A stretch of 64,000 nt of DNA from Myxococcota bacterium. Lineage in GTDB: Bacteria > Myxococcota_A > Polyangia > Nannocystales > Nannocystaceae. The translations under genes and the position numbers were made by a program. Below the pieces are notes generated by a model. The model worked only from the letters and a program-made list of their open reading frames with translations. It was not told the origin of the DNA and did not search any database. Positions within the stretch are counted from its first letter, which is position 1, and every line of letters starts with the position of its first letter. The DNA is taken from the NCBI GenBank assembly GCA_039028615.1, contig JBCCHT010000016.1, forward strand, positions 167,618-231,617. Reading direction: 5' to 3'. Below, in pieces: positions 28,894-35,536 of this stretch.

Positions 28894-29811
28894 ATGTCGA
28901 ACGCCGAAACGATCTGGACCCCACGAGACGAGTCGATGGCCAAGGCCTCGTGGGACGACCTGCGGGTGCTCTCGAGCGTCGTGCGTGGAGGCAGCCTGTC
29001 CAAGGCCGCCGCCGAGCTCGGCCTCACCCAGCCCACCATCGGGCGTCGCCTCGACCGCCTCGAGGAGGCCTTTGGTACTCCGCTCGTACGTCGCACGGCG
29101 CAGGGCTGCGTCGCCACCGAGCGCGGAGCGATGCTCTTGCCCTTGGTCGAGCGCATGCGCGAGGCCGCCGACGGCATCGCCCAGGTCGCGGCGAGTACCT
29201 CGAACGAGCTCGCGGGCGTCGTGAAGATCGCCCTGGGCGACCTGCTCGCGCGCTACGTTGCCCGTCACCTCCCCGAGCTGGTCGCCGACGCCCCTCAGCT
29301 CAAGATCGAAGTCCTCTCGAGCCTCGACTTCGTCAGCCTCGAGCGAGGCGAAGCCGACCTCGCCATGCGCACTCGTCCCCCCGAGGGAGACAACTGGGTC
29401 GCCAAACCGATGGGTCGTACGCGCTACGCCGTCTACGGAGCGCCTTCCTACGTCGACACCCAACCGGCCGCCCTCGACGACCAACGACGCTGGACCGAGT
29501 GCACCTGGGTCTCCTTCGGCACCAACCCATCTCCCGCCTCCGCTCGATACCTACGAGAGCGCTCTGGCCGTCCCCCCACCATCGCATTTTCCAACTCCCT
29601 GCTCATCCTCGAAGCCGCCGCCTGCGGAGCCGGCCTGACCCTCCTCCCCACCTGGCTCGGCGACGACGACCCCCGCCTACGCCGAGTCAGCGCCCCCCTC
29701 GAAGACCTGAGCATTTCCGGCTACCTCGTCATGCACCCCAGCGCCCGCCGAGTCCCCCGCGTACGCTGGGTCGCCACCCGCCTCGCCAAGCTCTTCGATC
29801 GAAACGGCTGA
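28894..29811 (+). CDS. LysR-family transcriptional regulator, divergent from the SDR gene
   Basis: WDDLRVL...GSLSKAAAELGLTQPTIGRRLDRLE; SLERGEADLAMR. Confidence 0.93.
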   Translation: MSNAETIWTPRDESMAKASWDDLRVLSSVVRGGSLSKAAAELGLTQPTIGRRLDRLEEAFGTPLVRRTAQGCVATERGAMLLPLVERMREAADGIAQVAASTSNELAGVVKIALGDLLARYVARHLPELVADAPQLKIEVLSSLDFVSLERGEADLAMRTRPPEGDNWVAKPMGRTRYAVYGAPSYVDTQPAALDDQRRWTECTWVSFGTNPSPASARYLRERSGRPPTIAFSNSLLILEAAACGAGLTLLPTWLGDDDPRLRRVSAPLEDLSISGYLVMHPSARRVPRVRWVATRLAKLFDRNG

Positions 29812-29853
29812 CCTCTCGTTCCGACGGCCGGAGTCCCATGAGCTGCGAGCAAA

Positions 29854-30515
29854 GGCGGCCTGGCGCCTGTTGACGCCAGACGCTACCCCGGACGTGCTCG
29901 TCGGTGAATTGATGGCCTCGGGTGCTTGTAGAGGCGTCTAGTCACCTCCTGCGCGCGACCGGGGACCCCTTCTGGCTACGCGGGCCAGCCCGCAGCCTCC
30001 CCGAAAATCCCACTCCGATCGACCGCCCCTCGATGAGTTCACCCCGCAGGCCTCCCCCTCTTCGAAGAGGGCACCCGCTCTTCCGAGAGCGCCCGCAACC
30101 CATTGCCATCCAAGCCCGCCCCGTTGCGACCGACTGCTCACCACTTTCGCAACGACCGGGAGAGGGCAAGCCGTACTAGCGACCTCACCCAAACGCCGAG
30201 TGTTCGTGCATGGAACGACCCCCCGCAGGAACATCGAGCCATTCACAAACGACGGTACTCTTCAGCTCGAGCCCAACAACGCCGCAGCCCACCTCACCGA
30301 AGCCCACGCCGTTCCGATCGGCCACTCACCACCCCCCGCGACGACCCGTAGTAGCAGGAACCGTCGAGCCTGCTGCGGCCGGAGCCCGCGTAGCCGGAAG
30401 GGGCCCCCGGTCGCGCGCAGGAGGTGACTAGACGCCACTACAAGCACCCGAGGCCATCAATTCACCGACGAGCACGTCCGGGGTAGCGTCCGGCGTCAAC
30501 AGGCGCCAGGCCGCC
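29854..30515. repeat. Non-coding ~660-bp element with ~140-bp imperfect inverted arms (MITE/REP-like)
   Basis: 29854-~29996 (ggcggcctggcgcctgttgacgccagacgctaccccggacgtgctcgtcggtgaattgatggcctcgggtgcttgtag...) is the near reverse complement of ~30372-30515. Confidence 0.88.
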
Positions 30516-30556
30516 CCCGATCGCGCCCAAACCCCCGCCACGAGGACTCGACCCGC

Positions 30557-30655
30557 GCCCTCCGAAACCACTCCAGCAGCAAGCCATCGACCCCCGCCAA
30601 GAAAATCGACCCCGCCCTCCGAAACCACTCCAGCAGCAAGCCATCGACCCCCGCC
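30557..30655. repeat. Two identical 42-bp direct repeats with a 57-bp period
   Basis: gccctccgaaaccactccagcagcaagccatcgacccccgcc at 30557-30598 and 30614-30655. Confidence 0.9.
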
Positions 30656-30673
30656 GCCAGACCCCCTCAGCCG

Positions 30674-31366
30674 CTAATCCTCAAACCGCCGCACCCGAGA
30701 ATGGCAATACGGCTCTTTCCCCGTACGCGCGTAGTAATCCTGATGCTTATCCGCCGCACGACTAAAGTTCGTGATCGGCTCCACCTTCGTCACCACCGCA
30801 AACCCCTTCCCCTTCAGCTCCTCGATCAACGACTCCGTAGCCTCCTTCTGCCCCGGACCCCCGTAGAACACCGCCGACCGATACTCCGGCCCAATATCAG
30901 GCCCTTGCCCGTCCGCCTGCGTCGGGTCATGAATCTCGAAGAAGCGCTTCGCAACATCGCGATAGCTGGCCTTGCTGGGATCGAAGCGGACCTGCACCGT
31001 CTCGTACTGCTCGGCCTGTGGCGTCGGTGGCTCCCCCATGTAGCCCGCCTCGACCGCGATGACCCCGTCGATCTGAGACATGTAGTGCTCGACCCCCCAA
31101 AAGCAGCCCCCCGCGAAGTAGGCGACCTGCTCCCCCGGAACCTCGGCCGGCGACGGAGGCAGCTTCGGACGCTCGGCATCCTTGGTGTCCTTGGCAGCGT
31201 CCATCGCAGCGGGCTCGGCGGGTGTCTTTACGTCGGCGCTCGGCTTCGGCGTGGCGGCTTTGTCTTCGGTGACCTTGCCCGCGACCGCATTTTTGGCCGG
31301 CGCCCCTTCGGACGGAGACGAACAGGCCGCGAGTACGCACACCAAGCTGACGAAGAAGCCGCGCAT
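30674..31366 (-). CDS. msrA: Peptide methionine sulfoxide reductase A, lipoprotein-anchored
   Basis: AYFAGGCFWGVE, FFEIHDPTQ, QGPDIGPEYRSAVF, HQDYY; lipobox VLAAC with a Pro/Ala/Lys linker. Confidence 0.93.
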   Translation of the reverse strand: MRGFFVSLVCVLAACSSPSEGAPAKNAVAGKVTEDKAATPKPSADVKTPAEPAAMDAAKDTKDAERPKLPPSPAEVPGEQVAYFAGGCFWGVEHYMSQIDGVIAVEAGYMGEPPTPQAEQYETVQVRFDPSKASYRDVAKRFFEIHDPTQADGQGPDIGPEYRSAVFYGGPGQKEATESLIEELKGKGFAVVTKVEPITNFSRAADKHQDYYARTGKEPYCHSRVRRFED

Positions 31367-31429
31367 CGGCCCGAGTCTACGCGGGCGCCGACGAATCGTC
31401 AGCGGGCGGGGCCAACGCCTCCGCGGTAC

Positions 31430-32047
31430 TCAGCCGCCACCGACGATACGCACCACGATGCCGATGGCCAGCGCGATGAGCAGCAGGCCCAGCACGCGGT
31501 CGACGGTGGCCGCATGGCGACGCAGCGAGCCCACCGCGCCGCTACCCGCCACGACCACGGCGACGAACACGAACCACGCGATGTCGATCCCCATGGCCAT
31601 CGCGGCCACTCCGGCACGCTCGACCATGACCGCGTCCGTGGGGACGACGGAGCCGAGCAGGGCCAGGAAGAACACGGCCGTCTTGGGGTTGAGAAAGGCG
31701 AGAAAGAACCCCTCGGAGAACCCGCGCGGGGTCGGGGTCGAGTCGTCCTCGTCATGGTGTCGGCCAGCGTGTCGCAGCGACTGCATCGCCATCCACAGCA
31801 GGTAGAGCACGCCGAGGATCTCGATCATGCGGTGCAGGCCGGGGACGCTCTCGATGAGCGCGGTCAGGCCGGCGACGGTCCCGAAGGCATAGATCCCGAT
31901 GCCGAGTCCGTGCCCGACACCCGTGGCCGCGCCCTGGGCTCGTCCGCCCGCGATGGTGTTCTTGAGGACGACGGCCAGGCTCGGCCCGGGGGACATCGCG
32001 CCCGCGGTGCACAGGGCCGCGATCGAGAGCCAGTCGCCCGCATCCAT
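31430..32047 (-). CDS. LysE/RhtB-family exporter
   Basis: AMSPGPSLAVVL, GVLYLLWMA, GFFLAFLNPK. Confidence 0.92.
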   Translation of the reverse strand: MDAGDWLSIAALCTAGAMSPGPSLAVVLKNTIAGGRAQGAATGVGHGLGIGIYAFGTVAGLTALIESVPGLHRMIEILGVLYLLWMAMQSLRHAGRHHDEDDSTPTPRGFSEGFFLAFLNPKTAVFFLALLGSVVPTDAVMVERAGVAAMAMGIDIAWFVFVAVVVAGSGAVGSLRRHAATVDRVLGLLLIALAIGIVVRIVGGG

Positions 32048-32055
32048 GCCGAGCG

Positions 32056-32403
32056 CTACTTGGCGTCTTTGGCCTTGGCCGGCGCGGCGGGAGCCTTGTC
32101 ACCGAACTTGGCCTTGAAGAAGCACGCGACGACGTCCTTGACCCCCGGGGCGCTCTCGATACACGCGCTCGCCTTGCTGAAGGTCTCGGGGTCGTCGTTC
32201 TGCATCTTGGTCATCCGCGTGACGCAGGTGGAACTCTCTTGGCGCATGCCCATGGCGACTTCCTTCTCGTCTTCGCTGCCCGAAGCGGCGGCGGCCTGAG
32301 CCAGCGAGTCGATCTTCGCGCAGACCTTGGCGGGCCCGGACTTGCAGCCCACGAGGATGGTTGCGGAGAGGGCCGTGAGCAGCAGGAGCTTGGAGTCGGG
32401 CAT
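32056..32403 (-). CDS. Small Cys-containing lipoprotein
   Basis: MPDSKLLLLTALSATILVGC lipobox; four further Cys. Confidence 0.72.
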   Translation of the reverse strand: MPDSKLLLLTALSATILVGCKSGPAKVCAKIDSLAQAAAASGSEDEKEVAMGMRQESSTCVTRMTKMQNDDPETFSKASACIESAPGVKDVVACFFKAKFGDKAPAAPAKAKDAK

Positions 32404-32581
32404 GAGCGGGTTCCGAACGCAGTGTGCCACGAAGCCGCACGCAGGCCGAGTGTGGCAATCCTCCACGAATTCGAGCCTTGGCGTGGAATCCGCAAAACGC
32501 CGCCCGTCGGGGTGCGGGCCTCGTGGAGGCCATCGAAAGATTTTTCGTCAGATCGGTGGGGCTGCCAGGAGAGGGCCTGGC

Positions 32582-32758
32582 ATGAGCAACAAAGAGCTGA
32601 CCCTCGAAGACCTTCTCCACGTTCGTGGCGGCGCTGCCTCCAGCTTCAAGCTGATCACGGGCACCGAGAACGACGACTGGACCATCAAGTGCCAAGAGGA
32701 GACCGAGTCCAAGCAGGCCGCCGAAGCGGCTCCCCTCGGCCCCGCCGTCGGCGGCTGA
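32582..32758 (+). CDS. Putative RiPP/bacteriocin precursor peptide with double-glycine leader (58 aa)
   Basis: RBS AGGAGAGG upstream of the ATG. MSNKELTLEDLLHVRGG / AASSFKLITGTENDDWTIKCQEETESKQAAEAAPLGPAVGG. ELTxEDLxxVxGG fits the double-Gly leader consensus; codons are GC3-rich. Confidence 0.8.
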   Translation: MSNKELTLEDLLHVRGGAASSFKLITGTENDDWTIKCQEETESKQAAEAAPLGPAVGG

Positions 32759-32768
32759 TCTCTTCGGG

Positions 32769-32792
32769 GCCCGGGTCCTTCGGGGCCCGGGC
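32769..32792 (+). promoter_or_regulatory. GC-rich hairpin with C(UUCG)G tetraloop between the precursor and the first enzyme gene
   Basis: GCCCGGGTCC-TTCG-GGGCCCGGGC, 10-bp stem with one G-U pair; no U-tract. Confidence 0.75.
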
Positions 32793-32816
32793 ATTCGATC
32801 GACTGGAGACGGTGCC

Positions 32817-34019
32817 ATGAACGCGATGACTCCCCCTTGTGATCGAGCCTCGACCGTGCTCGCCGGACTGGCCCCGGTGGCGCAGTTCATCGACGACCCT
32901 CACGTCCAGTTGGTCACCCGCCGCTTCGACTCGGAGTGGCAATACACCGACCTCACCTCACGCATCGGCGGCGGCTACAACCCCTTCGCCGGGGAGGTGT
33001 ACGTCGCCCACGATTCCCTGGTCGTGCGCTGGCTCGGCGGTGAGCAAGCCGACCTGCGGGCGCTCAACGAAAACGATGCGTTCGTCCACGAGCTGGCGAT
33101 GTGCGTGCACGACTATCTGCACGCGTGGGCGGGCCAGCAGCTCGCCGAGCTCGCCCCCGAGTTGGGCTTCGGCGTCGCGCCGCTCTCGGCCGACACCCTG
33201 GAGGCCCAGGTCTTCGGATTACTGGTGACCGAGGCGGTCGCCACCGTGGGGGCCGACTACTGGTGGCTGTCGAGCATCGACCTGGCCGCGATGCTCGACA
33301 TCGGCAGCCGCTTTCAGACCCTCACCGTCAGCTACGTCGAGTCCGACTTGCCGGAGTTCCAGCGCTGCTCGCCGGACTTCGAGGTGTTGGACCCAAGCTT
33401 CTTTCGTCGCATCGCCGAGTTCTATTGCCACGGTCGCTTCGCCGGCTTCGATCTGTCCGACGTTCGACGCAGCCCTCGGCTGTTGCGATGGCTACGTCAC
33501 GAGATCGAGTACGGGCAGGTCCAGCGTCGCTACTCGCGGCAGTGGATGCAGCACCTGGCGGGCATCGTGGCCTACTCGCCGGGCCAGCTCGGTGCACCCG
33601 TCGCGTGTGAGGAGCCCTGGCAGCAGGCCTTGCTCGACGAGCTGGGGCAGCGGCTGTGGGCCAAGATCCGCGGCGGAGAGTCGCTGTGGTCCAAGGGGTC
33701 CATCGACCCCGAGCGAGCGTGGCGTGCCCCGACCCGTGGCCCCATCGACTTCCGATTCACGAACCTCGCGAGCTTTGGCGATCCCGATGGCGAGGTCGAG
33801 CGGCGGGGCATCGCGGTGGCCTCCTTGAAGCACTGGGCGGATCAACGCATCCGCCTGCACGCCTTTCCCTACGACGATCGAGAGTTCCGCCGGGTGGTGC
33901 CGAGCCTGCGCGACTCGGTCGAGGGGGACCAAGGCCAGCTTCTGCGCTGGGCCCTGTCCTCGCGGCCCCGCATCGAGCCCGAGCCCGAGTCCCGCGTCGA
34001 ACTCTTCTTTCCCCGGTGA
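32817..34019 (+). CDS. Hypothetical 400-aa protein with HDxxH...E metal-binding-like motif; candidate RiPP maturase or peptidase
   Basis: RBS GGAG; VHELAMCVHDYLHAW followed about 35 aa later by LLVTEAVA; directly downstream of the precursor. Confidence 0.7.
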   Translation: MNAMTPPCDRASTVLAGLAPVAQFIDDPHVQLVTRRFDSEWQYTDLTSRIGGGYNPFAGEVYVAHDSLVVRWLGGEQADLRALNENDAFVHELAMCVHDYLHAWAGQQLAELAPELGFGVAPLSADTLEAQVFGLLVTEAVATVGADYWWLSSIDLAAMLDIGSRFQTLTVSYVESDLPEFQRCSPDFEVLDPSFFRRIAEFYCHGRFAGFDLSDVRRSPRLLRWLRHEIEYGQVQRRYSRQWMQHLAGIVAYSPGQLGAPVACEEPWQQALLDELGQRLWAKIRGGESLWSKGSIDPERAWRAPTRGPIDFRFTNLASFGDPDGEVERRGIAVASLKHWADQRIRLHAFPYDDREFRRVVPSLRDSVEGDQGQLLRWALSSRPRIEPEPESRVELFFPR

Positions 34020-35521
34020 ACGCCATGAAGCCCGTCCAGTCGAGTCCTTCCTGTCCGTGGTCGGCCGCGGTTCCCGTGCGACCCAGTCGCTTTACGAGCC
34101 TCTTCGCCGAGCACGAGGCGTGCAACGTCGAGACCGATTTCTCGGCCTACCAAGCGTTCTCGGTTCCAACCGCCGATGCGCCCGCGCAGCTCGGGTTCGC
34201 CGACTACCAGATGGACCCGCAGTACCCCACCGCGCGTCGGCAGGGCGCGGGCCGGGCGATCTTCTACGGCGAGCACTACCTCAAGGGCACGGGGCGGACG
34301 CCGCTGGCCATCAACTGGCTCAACCGCGCGGACACGGCTCATGCCACCGGTCACATGGCGGCGACGGGGGCGGTGCGCGAGCTGGTGATCAGCCGTTACC
34401 TGCGAGCCAAGGGCCTCGAGCAGCACATCGTGCCGTGCACTGGGTTGTTGCTCGCGACCATGCCCAGCGCCTTGGCAAAGCCGCTGACGAGCTTCTATCG
34501 GGAGCAGCAGCTCCAGCGAAAGCCCTGCGACGAGCACCTGCAGGCCATCAGCGTGAAGCCGGCCGGCTTCGCCCGGTGGAGCAATCTCGTGTGGCTCGCC
34601 CACCAAAGCTCGGGGCATCCCGACCGCATTCGTGAGCTCGCATGGATGGGTGAACACTTCGCGCGGCCGCGACCGATGGGTGCCGAGCACGAGCCCGCAG
34701 TGGGAGCCTGTACCCCGACCAGCATCGCCACCGAGCTCGCCCACGCCATGCAGCGCGGTCTCGAGAGCTTCGAGGCGTTCTTCCGTGCGGGCGTGTTCTG
34801 GGGCTCGTATCACAACAACTTCACCCTCGACGGGCGCTTCCTCGACCTCGAGCTCCCGCTCGTCGTGGGGGAGAGCGTGCTCTGCAAGCACCACGTGCAC
34901 GGAGGGCAGGGGCCGCATGGGCCCATCGAGCACTACGGTCGACCCTTTGGCGAGGAGATCCTGTTCTTCGCGCGGCAGGTACGGCTCGCGTTCGACACGT
35001 TGATCGAGCGATTCGAAGCCATCGCGCGCAGCGGCATCAGCCCCGCGGTCGTGCAGTTTCTACGGCAGTGGATCGCGGCGCTTCATCGGGCGGTTGGTTC
35101 GGACCACTGGGTGCGGAATCCCGAAGTCCTGCGCGAGCGGATGGTGGCGCTGTACCGAGAGACGGGCGCTCCCGAAACGCAGATCCAGGCCCTCGTGAGT
35201 GCACTGATGGCTCGGGAGTTTCGTGGCGAGTCGTTGCCGGCCATCGCGGCGCGCATGACCGACGCTTCGTTCCCGATGCTCGAGACGGGCACCCACTGCA
35301 ACCTCAGCATCATCGGTGACGCGCCGGGGCTCGGGTCGCCGCAGGCGGCCGAAGAGCGGCGGCTGCTGCAATCGTGTCTCGAAGAGCTGGATGCGATCAC
35401 CGAGGTGGAGCCCTATCTCGAGCGGCTGCGGGTCTGGCTCGGCGTCATCGACCAGGAGGTTCGGCCCGCACCGATGCTCCTGGCGAACCGAGAACCTCCG
35501 GGGCTGGCTCGTACCGCGTAG
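34016..35521 (+). CDS. SelO/YdiU-like (pseudokinase-fold nucleotidyltransferase) protein
   Basis: QGAGRA...YLKGTGRTPL...GAVRELV and GVFWGSYHNNFTLDGRFLDLE parallel the SelO motifs GDGRA, KGxGxTP, RE and HGxxNTDN...IDYG. GTG start overlaps the upstream TGA; alternative ATG at 34025. Confidence 0.68.
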   Translation: MNAMKPVQSSPSCPWSAAVPVRPSRFTSLFAEHEACNVETDFSAYQAFSVPTADAPAQLGFADYQMDPQYPTARRQGAGRAIFYGEHYLKGTGRTPLAINWLNRADTAHATGHMAATGAVRELVISRYLRAKGLEQHIVPCTGLLLATMPSALAKPLTSFYREQQLQRKPCDEHLQAISVKPAGFARWSNLVWLAHQSSGHPDRIRELAWMGEHFARPRPMGAEHEPAVGACTPTSIATELAHAMQRGLESFEAFFRAGVFWGSYHNNFTLDGRFLDLELPLVVGESVLCKHHVHGGQGPHGPIEHYGRPFGEEILFFARQVRLAFDTLIERFEAIARSGISPAVVQFLRQWIAALHRAVGSDHWVRNPEVLRERMVALYRETGAPETQIQALVSALMAREFRGESLPAIAARMTDASFPMLETGTHCNLSIIGDAPGLGSPQAAEERRLLQSCLEELDAITEVEPYLERLRVWLGVIDQEVRPAPMLLANREPPGLARTA

Positions 35522-35536
35522 CCCTCGTGCGACGCG

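Noticed and set aside
30540..30660. Possible mini-CRISPR array
   Set aside because: Only two repeats, a 15-bp spacer, no palindrome and no cas genes in the window.
32327..32581. 143-aa version of the precursor ORF
   Set aside because: It overlaps the divergent lipoprotein gene; the RBS and leader motif point to ATG 32582.
33656..34015. N-terminal extension of the SelO-like ORF in the track
   Set aside because: It overlaps the 400-aa gene in another frame; the coupled GTG at 34016 or ATG at 34025 is more plausible.
32582..35521. Assignment of the locus to lanthipeptide or graspetide classes
   Set aside because: Despite the Ser/Thr/Cys and Thr/Asp/Glu/Lys content of the core, I see no LanC cyclase, LanB/LanM dehydratase or ATP-grasp motifs in the adjacent proteins.
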